From: an uncultured virus (IMG/VR IMGVR_UViG_3300040960_001631)
Taxonomy: Duplodnaviria; Heunggongvirae; Uroviricota; Caudoviricetes
Length of the DNA stretch: 57,997 bases
Strand: one strand, 5' to 3'
IMG/VR virus record: IMGVR_UViG_3300040960_001631
Coordinates: 62,001-119,997 of that record
Shown piece by piece: positions 45,801 through 53,235 of the stretch. Under the pieces are notes generated by a model. The model was given only the letters and a program-made list of their open reading frames with translations. It was not told the origin of the DNA and did no database searches. A program made the position numbers and the translations under genes. Numbering within the stretch: position 1 is the stretch's first letter; each line of letters begins with the position of its first letter.

Positions 45801-46241
45801 CTAAACACAGGACAGCGCGATACACTATATACAAATCAAATTAACCCAATCACATTTATAAGTGGTGCAGGATTAGTTGTATTTGGACAAAAAACTCGTG
45901 CAAGAAATGCTTCTGCACTAGATAGAGTAAACGTAGCACGTTTAGTTGTTTACTTACGTGGACAATTAGAACTACTAGCAAGACCATACTTGTTTGAACC
46001 AAATGATAAGATCACACGTGATCAGATTAAATCAGCTGCTGATCAGCTGTTAATTGAATTAGTAGGCCTTAGAGCATTGTATGACTTCTTAGTTGTATGT
46101 GACGAGTCAAACAATACTCCTGCTAGAATTGACAGGAATGAGTTATACTTAGACATTGCAATTGAGCCAGTCAAAGCAATTGAATTTATTTACATTCCAT
46201 TAAGACTTAAGAATACAGGAGAAATTGCAGCTCTAGGATAA
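42879..46241 (+). CDS. gp18: Contractile tail sheath protein with large insertions
   Basis: N-terminal LVSPGVEVNVIDES; C-terminal YYPW, VPPS, WFAPAG.RRG, RDTLY..QINPI, FGQKT, DRVNV.RL, FEPND..TR, VVCDESNNTP..ID.NEL..DI.I.P.K.IEFI. Confidence 0.95.
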   Translation: MALVSPGVEVNVIDESFYTPGAAATVPIIFVATTANKTKASGSGVAQGTLPENAGKAYLVTSQRELGDLFGDAVFESDNNGNMIHAGELNEYGLNTAYSLLGVTNRAYVVRADVNLSELTASSTAPGGEPADGAYWFDTVNTAFGILEWNGESATTTNGQSFSATTIRVITEATDLSNDVPKAAVGSVGEYAIDVTSDMNRLFYKASGNATGVSAGEWVEVGSDKWAASHATVKGTVRNPTLTNGDEMVINGTTVTLAGTTISALAGNINTAGITGVSAAAVDGVLEIYGDSTAASDGVTADGLIVINGGQGSLTGLAGSDNGGTGIQNGTYSIPRLTIAPHTSVPEYKAVDTVPAPTGSLWIKTTTPNGGANWRIKQYSDATQLWNNISAPMYTSNEAALFNLDKAGGGANLLAGDLYIKANVEEETPTIADFKIHYRVSNDATSIASAKIETQLVAGTYDFDIAETTVNSATRTNKTISVTIAGGTTADADTIAGAINAAGFANVVSYVNASNKVVIEHKIGGDFRIADTDGLLTTMGFSPLLADGSNSATATANLYDNATGDSTHDFVASNWKPLTYSASNTEPLALTTSGQRWYNSTVDEVDIMINNGTTWVGYQNYNDDYADTDPAGPIVSASQPTEQSDTTPLVDGDIWISTADLENFPLVYRYNGTTEEFVLVDKTDQTTENGILFADARWSTTGGSTEGPYEAGDIDELLVNDYLDPDAPDPALYPKGMMLWNTRRSGFNVKRFERNYIDVDGSNGRYEVDDPNSADPDDVIDQPMADYYPHRWVTDSGNNEDGSGTFGRFAQRKSVIQALQSLVNSNQDIRDEESRQFNLIACPGYPELIGEMITLNYDRRLTAFVVGDTPARLTPDATSLNEWASNVRGALEDNDIGAVSKDEYLGMYYPWGFSSDNFGNNVVVPPSHMALRTLVLNDQVAFPWFAPAGTRRGGVTNATSSGYVNNEGEFVGIALNTGQRDTLYTNQINPITFISGAGLVVFGQKTRARNASALDRVNVARLVVYLRGQLELLARPYLFEPNDKITRDQIKSAADQLLIELVGLRALYDFLVVCDESNNTPARIDRNELYLDIAIEPVKAIEFIYIPLRLKNTGEIAALG

Positions 46242-46255
46242 TATGCGTACTTTAT

Positions 46256-46277
46256 GGGTGGGGAATTAACCCCACCC
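46256..46277 (+). terminator. GC-rich hairpin between sheath and tube genes
   Basis: gggtgggg-aattaa-ccccaccc, extendable by tatgcgta/tatgcata; no U-tract, so it may be a processing or stability hairpin. Confidence 0.45.
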
Positions 46278-46285
46278 TAATATGC

Positions 46286-46292
46286 ATAAATA
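46286..46292 (+). promoter_or_regulatory. T4-like late promoter (ATAAATA) for tail tube
   Basis: gcataaatacta followed by SD aggag and ATG 46314. Confidence 0.7.
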
Positions 46293-46313
46293 CTACTGTA
46301 ACAGGAGACAAGA

Positions 46314-46961
46314 ATGCCAATTACAACATTAACAAATATTTCAATACCAACAGAAGACGGCGGCGGCAGCAACAGTTCTTTGCTAATGCCAAAACTACAA
46401 TATCGTTTTAGAGTTTTATTTGAAAACTTTGGAACAACAGGCGGTCCAGATGGTATTCGTGAAATTACAAGACAGGTAGTAGATGTAACTCGTCCAAACC
46501 TTTCTTTTGAACAAATGACAATCGATGCTTACAACAGTAAAACATATCTTGCAGGTAAGCACACATGGGAACCAATTACACTTACATTGCGTGAAGATGC
46601 TAATAACAATGTGCAAAAAATCATTGGTCAACAGCTTCAAAGACAGTTTGATTTCTTTGAACAATCTAGTGCAGTATCAGGCGGTACATATAAATTTATT
46701 ACTAAGATTGAAATTTTAGACGGTGGCAATGGTGCTAATGGTTCGTCAATTATTGATAGATTCCAACTAGTAGGTTGCTACATTGAATCAGCCAACTACA
46801 ACACACTAGCATATGCTACAAGTGATGCAGTAACTACATCATTAACTATACGCTATGACAACGCTATACAGTTTGGTAGTGAAGAACAGTTTAGTGGTGT
46901 TGGCGAAGCAGTTACAAGAGCTGCTCAAGATGCTATTGGTGGTACACAAGTTACTGGCTAA
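46314..46961 (+). CDS. gp19: Tail tube protein
   Basis: Directly follows sheath; RF.V.F, RP...F....I.......Y.AGK..W.PIT.T.R.D, and L.Y.......LT.RYD are typical of gp19-type tubes. Confidence 0.85.
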   Translation: MPITTLTNISIPTEDGGGSNSSLLMPKLQYRFRVLFENFGTTGGPDGIREITRQVVDVTRPNLSFEQMTIDAYNSKTYLAGKHTWEPITLTLREDANNNVQKIIGQQLQRQFDFFEQSSAVSGGTYKFITKIEILDGGNGANGSSIIDRFQLVGCYIESANYNTLAYATSDAVTTSLTIRYDNAIQFGSEEQFSGVGEAVTRAAQDAIGGTQVTG

Positions 46962-46989
46962 TTAAACTAGTAATTGGGTATCTTGTATT

Positions 46990-47020
46990 AAAGCAGGGAT
47001 CATACGATTCCTGCTTTTTT
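46990..47020 (+). terminator. Rho-independent terminator
   Basis: aaagcagggatc-atac-gattcctgcttt stem (one G-U) with a T-tract. Confidence 0.85.
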
Positions 47021-47058
47021 ATTATCTACGTGGTTTATAACTTAGGATAAATATTAAT

Positions 47059-48288
47059 ATGGCATGGTGGAATAGTTTAATAAAATCTCGTCAAGTAAAC
47101 ACGCATTTGCGTGATGCAAGGCATGCGCACAATTTGTTCACGCAATATGGACATTTGTTTTCTCCAAAAACTAAATTTTTATATCATGTAGTGTTTGAAA
47201 CTACAGATGATGTTGCATTTTACTCAAATACAGAAACTTTTAAAAAACAAATAGGTGTGTTAGTTAAACGTGCAGACTTACCAGGGTTTAAAGCAAGTAT
47301 AGAAAACAAACAACAATATAATCGTAAAAAAAATATGCAAACAAGAGTAGATTACGATGATGTACGTATTTCTTTTCATGATGACAATTTAGGTGCAACA
47401 AGAGCTATGCTTGAAGAATACTATAGATATTACTATCAAGACGGAAATCACTCTAGATCTACTAGTACAACTACAACTGATGGAAGTTTTAATCCTAGAG
47501 ACAAATATTCTAATAGAACTCCTAACTATGGTTTGAATAATTTTTATAAGCAGCCGTTTTTTAAATCAATAACAATATATCAATTAAGTTTACAAAATTG
47601 GTTTAGCTATACATTAATAAATCCTTTACTAAGTAGTTGGGATCACGGAGATGTTGATTCTTCTGATGGTTCGGGTATGAATGAAAACACTATTATGTTA
47701 GCTTACGAAGGTGTTTTGTATGACAACGGAATAATAGGCGAAAACGGCGAACCTACAAACTTTACTAATCCAGAAACTGGTTATGATAATACATTTAGTC
47801 CTTTAGATTCTGAAATTAAACCTAACGAAAACTTTATTATACCTATTTTAAATACTATTACTGATAGCCTATTCGGATTTGAATTACCTATTGTTAGTAA
47901 TAATCAAACAGCAAGGACCACGTCACTAACGTCTTCACAACTACAAGGAACAAATCAGTTTCCGAGATCTAGCTCAGTTATACCTGGATATTTTTTACCA
48001 GTTAGAGATCAACTTAATACAGAAAGACCGGATGTATTTTTAAAAGCATCTAGGGCTAAAGGAGATCCAGAGACTACGTTACAAAGATTAAAATCTGATC
48101 CCCTGGCATTTAATAGCTTTCTTGCAAAAGTGTTAAACACTGGTTACTTTGAAGGTTTAGATTTTCAAACCTATAATTTATTATCTGCAGATCAAAAAAG
48201 TATTGTTTTATCAAACTTAGATAATGCAATAGTAGGAGGAGATTTTAAATTGTTTAGTTTTATGAAAGCAGCACTAGAGGAATTATAA
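47059..48288 (+). CDS. Tube-fold baseplate/tail-tube junction protein (gp48/gp54-like)
   Basis: Tube-like motifs (VK..DLP......E..QYNRK......Y..V.I.FHDD; Y.L.NP....W.H......M.....YE); follows tube gene; ATAAATA at 47047..47053. Confidence 0.55.
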   Translation: MAWWNSLIKSRQVNTHLRDARHAHNLFTQYGHLFSPKTKFLYHVVFETTDDVAFYSNTETFKKQIGVLVKRADLPGFKASIENKQQYNRKKNMQTRVDYDDVRISFHDDNLGATRAMLEEYYRYYYQDGNHSRSTSTTTTDGSFNPRDKYSNRTPNYGLNNFYKQPFFKSITIYQLSLQNWFSYTLINPLLSSWDHGDVDSSDGSGMNENTIMLAYEGVLYDNGIIGENGEPTNFTNPETGYDNTFSPLDSEIKPNENFIIPILNTITDSLFGFELPIVSNNQTARTTSLTSSQLQGTNQFPRSSSVIPGYFLPVRDQLNTERPDVFLKASRAKGDPETTLQRLKSDPLAFNSFLAKVLNTGYFEGLDFQTYNLLSADQKSIVLSNLDNAIVGGDFKLFSFMKAALEEL

Positions 48289-48650
48289 TGATAAGATCAA
48301 ATAATCCAGAACAATTTACATTTGACGAAACACAAATTATTTTTAATAATTATTTCAAAGAAGAAATTACATATAATGCAAATGAAGTTAATGCAGTAAT
48401 TGGTTATTTTTTAAAAAGAGGATTTGAAAAAATTGCTGCTATTAATACTGCTGCAATTTTTTTACAACAAGCTCAGATAGATAAAGTACCTGCCTTTGTG
48501 CTTATTGACACTTTAAAAGGTTTAAATGCTGTCGAGTTAAACAGTGTTATTTCTCAAATATTAAATTTGTATCGAGCAAAAACATCGTCACTAGGATTTA
48601 CAACATCTAGTGAAACAAGACTCTTTGATGAAAGAAATATCATATACTAA
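48288..48650 (+). CDS. Hypothetical phage protein
   Basis: 120-aa ORF translationally coupled (taatg) on both sides. Confidence 0.7.
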   Translation: MIRSNNPEQFTFDETQIIFNNYFKEEITYNANEVNAVIGYFLKRGFEKIAAINTAAIFLQQAQIDKVPAFVLIDTLKGLNAVELNSVISQILNLYRAKTSSLGFTTSSETRLFDERNIIY

Positions 48651-49087
48651 TGGCTCATTTTGCTCAAGGAAAATACAATCTCAAAAACCCAGACAAGTAT
48701 GTAGGAACTAAAACACCTACATATCGTTCAGGCTGGGAATTTACCTTTATGAAATTTTGTGACGAGCACCCTAGTGTAAGCCAGTGGGCAAGTGAAGCAA
48801 TACGCATACCATATCGTAATCCTTTGACAGGCAAACAAACTGTTTATGTGCCTGACTTTTTTATAGTTTATGCAGATAAGGGCGGTAAACAGCGGGTAGA
48901 ATTAATTGAAGTCAAACCCAGCAGTCAAGCACTTAAAGAAAAAGTGGGACGTAGTAGATCAAACCAAGCACACTATGTTGTAAATCAAGCCAAATGGGAA
49001 AGTGCAAGAAAATGGTGTAAACAAAAAGGAATATATTTCCGTATAGTTACTGAACAAGATATTTTTCATAACGGACGCAGGAAATGA
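48650..49087 (+). CDS. gp4: T4 gp4-like head completion nuclease
   Basis: G.Y...NP.KY.G, YRSGWE..FM..CD, W.SE...IPY, YVPDF, EVKP, NQAKW..A..WC, F.I.TE. Confidence 0.88.
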   Translation: MAHFAQGKYNLKNPDKYVGTKTPTYRSGWEFTFMKFCDEHPSVSQWASEAIRIPYRNPLTGKQTVYVPDFFIVYADKGGKQRVELIEVKPSSQALKEKVGRSRSNQAHYVVNQAKWESARKWCKQKGIYFRIVTEQDIFHNGRRK

Positions 49088-49647
49088 AGGTTGCGCATGT
49101 ACACATACCTAAAACAGCAGGCGGAAGTGTAAATCAATGGTTCAAAAAATATACACCAGACTCTCTTGTATTTGGCACACATAAAACAATAGATGAATGT
49201 ACAAAAGAATTTGATTTTAGTTTTTGTATAGTAAGAAATACATACCATAGACTAATTAGTTCTTATGAATTTGCAAAATCAGTTTCTTTAGAAAAATATA
49301 AAAAAAGACTAAACAAAGGAAATGCACAAGATGCAATATCATCTTTAGAAATGATGGAACATATCGACAAAGGCATTCTTCCTTGGTTAAAATATAATAT
49401 TGACAGAGATGCTAATACATTTTGGCCGTTAGATAGGTGGACTAAAGATGTGGACATCGTTTTACACCAAGAAAATTTAACAGAAGACTTTCAGCAAATA
49501 CAAGAAAAATTAAATTGTTTTGAGCCTCTTGAAAAAACACATCACGTTTTACAATACAACAAAAACCAATATCTTACAAAAGAATATATAAATTTTGTCT
49601 ATAAATATTTTTATAAAGAAATAGACAAATACAATTATAAGGTATAG
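49084..49647 (+). CDS. Sulfotransferase family 2-like protein
   Basis: 5'-PSB HIPKTAGGS, 3'-PB VRNTYHRLISSY, ENL.EDF and C-terminal I..Y.Y. Confidence 0.75.
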   Translation: MKVAHVHIPKTAGGSVNQWFKKYTPDSLVFGTHKTIDECTKEFDFSFCIVRNTYHRLISSYEFAKSVSLEKYKKRLNKGNAQDAISSLEMMEHIDKGILPWLKYNIDRDANTFWPLDRWTKDVDIVLHQENLTEDFQQIQEKLNCFEPLEKTHHVLQYNKNQYLTKEYINFVYKYFYKEIDKYNYKV

Positions 49648-49649
49648 AT

Positions 49650-50282
49650 ATGGCCACAATAGTTACAGAACCATTTCGTAGTACATTTATTCATATTCCT
49701 AAAACAGGCGGAAATAGTATTACAAATTGGCTCAAACAAAATACTAAATCTCAAATAACTAAGAGGCGTCAACACGCAACTGTACAAGAAGTGTGTCAAG
49801 GAAATCATTCTTTAGGTCCTATGAATCGAGAAAACTTAGGACTTACTTGGTGTGTAGTAAGAAATCCTTGGGATTATTGTGCAAGCTGGTATAGTTTTAA
49901 AATTATGTTGTGTAAGTTTTATATTGACCAAATACACAAGCACCCTAATATGACAAATAACAGAAAACAAAAATGGAATTTAGAAATACAACAAAATAAA
50001 TTAAACAGATTAGAAAATGGATTTGTGCCGTGGTTAAAACAGACCGGAGTTAGTCCTATGTACAGTTGGGCAAAGGATTGTGATAAAATACTAAAACTAG
50101 AAAACATAGTAGAAGATTTTAAATTTATACAAAATAAAATGAACTGTTGGGATTCGTTAGGACATGATAATAAAACTCTAGACAGAAAAAAATATCAAGA
50201 TTATTATACAACTCAAGAAGCTATAGATATGGTTGCAACAAAGTTTAAAGTTGACATTGAAACTTACAACTATGATTTTTGA
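49650..50282 (+). CDS. Sulfotransferase family 2-like protein
   Basis: FIHIPKTGGNS, VRNPWD..ASWY, LENI.EDF, Y..YY and DI..YNY.F. Confidence 0.8.
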   Translation: MATIVTEPFRSTFIHIPKTGGNSITNWLKQNTKSQITKRRQHATVQEVCQGNHSLGPMNRENLGLTWCVVRNPWDYCASWYSFKIMLCKFYIDQIHKHPNMTNNRKQKWNLEIQQNKLNRLENGFVPWLKQTGVSPMYSWAKDCDKILKLENIVEDFKFIQNKMNCWDSLGHDNKTLDRKKYQDYYTTQEAIDMVATKFKVDIETYNYDF

Positions 50283-50313
50283 TAAATAATAGTAGCATAT
50301 AATGGAAGCTATA

Positions 50314-50811
50314 ATGACTAAAAAACTAGAAGATCTATTAAACTTGCCTGATTCAAAAGAAATTATAGAACAAGCAGAAGCACAAGAAGAACAACAGTCC
50401 AAACACGAAATAGAAAGAGAACAAACATTTCGCGACATAGCTGACTTTGATAAAATTAGTGCTGCACTGCCTGCGGTCAAAGGCTTAGGGGATATGGCCG
50501 ATAAAGAATTGAACGAAGTTGCAGACAAGGCTATGCAAGCTTATGAAGACCTAATGGATCTTGGCATGAATGTTGAAAGTCGTTATAGTGGTAGAGTTTT
50601 TGAAGTTGCCGGTGGCATGTTAAAAACTAGTCTAGATGCTAAAACTGCTAAACTAGATAAAAAAATTAAAATGATAGAACTTCAGTTAAAGAAAGAAAAG
50701 TTAGATAAAGAGTCACCCAACGACGATGGTATTATAAACGGCGAAGGGTATGTAGTAACAGATAGAAATAGTCTACTTGAGCGTCTAAAAGGGTTAGATA
50801 AAGATAAATAA
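50314..50811 (+). CDS. Probable terminase small subunit (gp16-like)
   Basis: Helical protein with R.FEVA..M(L)K motif followed by a coiled coil, resembling T4-like gp16; late box ATAAATA at 50282..50288; alternative start at 50302. Confidence 0.5.
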   Translation: MTKKLEDLLNLPDSKEIIEQAEAQEEQQSKHEIEREQTFRDIADFDKISAALPAVKGLGDMADKELNEVADKAMQAYEDLMDLGMNVESRYSGRVFEVAGGMLKTSLDAKTAKLDKKIKMIELQLKKEKLDKESPNDDGIINGEGYVVTDRNSLLERLKGLDKDK

Positions 50812-50837
50812 TACATATAGAATAGGATCAATGCGCA

Positions 50838-51395
50838 ATGAGATCATTTAAAGAAATACTTACAGAATCAAAAAAAACCTATGAATTTAAAATAGGAATT
50901 GCAGGCGAACTAGAAGAAGGAATGACAGATCATTTAGAAACGTCTCTTAAAAAGTTTGGTTTGTCAAATATGACTTCAGGTAAAAAAACACCTATCCAAG
51001 AACGTCCGTTAGATTTTCCACAGTTACAAAATATGGAAGTAACATACTTTGAAGCAACGGTAGAATACCCAACAACTGTACAAGTACTACAAGAATATTT
51101 AGGTAAGTGTTGTGGTATAGATCAAAGTCATATAATTGTGCGCAACATGAATGATCCTAGAGAAGAATATCAAGAAACTAAAGACGATGCTCCTTATGAA
51201 ACTATGTTAACTAAAGAAGACATGGGCGGCGAAAGCGCACAAGAGTCAGTAGGTGGAAATCGTGTAATGGACTTGTTAAAAGAATTAGAAACTGCTCGTA
51301 AAGAACGTGATCACGACGGCGCAGCCGGAGCACCGCAAGGTGAATCTGCTGACATAGGCGATGCAGAAAACAGCAAAGCGGTCGTAGGAGGCTAA
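50838..51395 (+). CDS. Hypothetical protein, possibly capsid-internal
   Basis: MRSFKEILTES N-terminus resembles T4-like internal-protein leaders; late box ATAAATA at 50804..50810. Confidence 0.6.
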   Translation: MRSFKEILTESKKTYEFKIGIAGELEEGMTDHLETSLKKFGLSNMTSGKKTPIQERPLDFPQLQNMEVTYFEATVEYPTTVQVLQEYLGKCCGIDQSHIIVRNMNDPREEYQETKDDAPYETMLTKEDMGGESAQESVGGNRVMDLLKELETARKERDHDGAAGAPQGESADIGDAENSKAVVGG

Positions 51396-51399
51396 TACC

Positions 51400-52440
51400 A
51401 TGGATATGAAAAATTTAATTCAGCAAATGACTAATATTGAAAATTCAAGTAAAGAGAAGTTAAACGAAGCAGCAAATCTTAGTGTTTCTGCAGAAACAGG
51501 TGCAGAAATTGCAGACATGATTCGTGCAATGCAAGGACATGCAGGAATGGGTGATAAGCCAGTAGGTGATGTTGTTCATCCAATGCGTCATGACATTGAA
51601 AGATTCCGTGCTGCTGTAAATGACGATCCAGCAATTCCAGGACGTGATGATGTAGAAGGAGACCAAGATCTACAAGCAGGAGCACTAGGGAGTGCAATAG
51701 GCGGCGGACTTGGTAGTATGGTCGGCGGCCCAGCAGGGGCAGCAGTAGGATCAGCTTTAGGATCAAATAACGAACCTGGTGCAGGAATGGCAGCATTAGG
51801 CGGAGTTGCAGGAAATGCAATCGCCGGGCCAGTAGGCGGCGCAGTAGGTGCCGGCCTAGGACAAATGCTAGGTTCAGACGACGGCGATGACCCAAATATT
51901 CCAGGGCGTGATGATGTAGAAGGCGACCAAGATTTACAAGCAGGCATGCTAGGATCTATTGCAGGTGGTTTAGGCGGAGCAGCACTAGGTAGCGCACTTG
52001 GCGGTCCTATTGGCGGAATAGCAGGTAAAGCACTTGGCGGAGTTGGCGGAAAAGTTGCTGGTGCAATGGGCTCTAAAATAGGATCAGCGATTGGTAAGGC
52101 TGCTCCAAGTATTGCAGGCAGCATGGTTGGATCTGAAATTGGTGATAAGCTAACAGGCGATGACAATGAGATGGAAGGTTACGACAACGAGCCAAATCCA
52201 GAATATCAAGACCACAAGCATATGACAAAAGATCTAAGCGGTGGTATCAACCGTGAAAAGAAAGCATATGCTAAAGCACAAGACGGCGACAATGCAATGG
52301 CTGTAGAAGCTATCAAAGCACAACTAATGGCTGCTCTACAAGAAAAGAAAGCAAAGCCAGACTTTTTAGATATGGATAAAGACGGCAATACTAAAGAGCC
52401 AATGAAAAAAGCTATCAAAGACAAAAAAGCTAAAAAATAA
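51400..52440 (+). CDS. Glycine-zipper protein, possible internal/ejection protein
   Basis: Two hydrophobic GxxxG-rich blocks, each preceded by the repeat DDP.IPGRDDVEGDQDLQAG; C-terminal DMDKDG motif. Confidence 0.65.
   Translation: MDMKNLIQQMTNIENSSKEKLNEAANLSVSAETGAEIADMIRAMQGHAGMGDKPVGDVVHPMRHDIERFRAAVNDDPAIPGRDDVEGDQDLQAGALGSAIGGGLGSMVGGPAGAAVGSALGSNNEPGAGMAALGGVAGNAIAGPVGGAVGAGLGQMLGSDDGDDPNIPGRDDVEGDQDLQAGMLGSIAGGLGGAALGSALGGPIGGIAGKALGGVGGKVAGAMGSKIGSAIGKAAPSIAGSMVGSEIGDKLTGDDNEMEGYDNEPNPEYQDHKHMTKDLSGGINREKKAYAKAQDGDNAMAVEAIKAQLMAALQEKKAKPDFLDMDKDGNTKEPMKKAIKDKKAKK
51622..51945 (+). repeat. 60-bp imperfect direct repeat (51622..51681 and 51886..51945)
   Basis: Both copies encode DDP(A/N)IPGRDDVEGDQDLQAG, with mostly synonymous differences. 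Confidence 0.85.
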
Positions 52441-52459
52441 TCTACGGCGGGATTACACC

Positions 52460-52487
52460 AAATAGGACCTTCGGGTCCTATTTTTTT
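52460..52487 (+). terminator. Rho-independent terminator with UUCG tetraloop
   Basis: aaataggacc-TTCG-ggtcctattt followed by a T-tract; C(UUCG)G loop typical of T4-like phages. Confidence 0.9.
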
Positions 52488-52500
52488 GAGTAAATAAAAT

Positions 52501-53235
52501 ATGTTTTATTTTAACGGTGATAGTTTTGTTTACGGATTAGAATTAGAAGATATTAATAATAGATTTTCCACACTAGTAAGCAAGCACTATAACAAAAAAG
52601 AACTTAACGATTCTATTCGTGGTGCTAGTAATCAAAGAATCTTTAGAACAACCATGGAAGCTATTGCAAGTTTTCCAGATATTCAATCAATTGTTATAAT
52701 GTGGACAGATCCAAATAGATTTGAACACTTTCTTGGACCTAATATATTTTCAGCAGATGATGACGGTTGGAGAAGAATAACAACTTACAGACTTAAACCT
52801 GATAATTTTCTGCCTAGCGAAAGAGACACATTTATAAAGAATTTTCATCATCCAGACGTAAGGACTATTAACAAATCATTATTAGAATATAGTGTACATG
52901 TAAGAACTGAAACCCACGTAATAAATGAACTTTTAAACCAAATATTACAATTACAATTAGTATGTACACTTAAAAATATAAATTGCAAAATGTCATATTC
53001 GTATATTTCAGATATACTAGATAATCAAAACGTAAAAACTTATATTAAAAATCATAATTTATATAATAAAATAGATTGGACAACAAAATATTGGTTAGAT
53101 GAAGATACTTTTTGGTCTATGAATACATTCTGCAAAGAACAAAATATTGATTTCGGACCTAGCTTGCATCCTTTAGAATCTGGACATAGATTAGTAGCAA
53201 ATAAAATTATAGACGTTTTTAAAAAAGATAAGTAA
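52501..53235 (+). CDS. SGNH/GDSL-fold protein (putative esterase or acyltransferase)
   Basis: Block I FNGDSFVYG, GASN..I and C-terminal HPLESGH..VA..I. Confidence 0.6.
   Translation: MFYFNGDSFVYGLELEDINNRFSTLVSKHYNKKELNDSIRGASNQRIFRTTMEAIASFPDIQSIVIMWTDPNRFEHFLGPNIFSADDDGWRRITTYRLKPDNFLPSERDTFIKNFHHPDVRTINKSLLEYSVHVRTETHVINELLNQILQLQLVCTLKNINCKMSYSYISDILDNQNVKTYIKNHNLYNKIDWTTKYWLDEDTFWSMNTFCKEQNIDFGPSLHPLESGHRLVANKIIDVFKKDK

Noticed and set aside
51479..52166. Minus-strand ORFs of 138 and 192 aa
   Set aside because: They are Pro-rich or low-complexity antisense shadows of the glycine-zipper gene.
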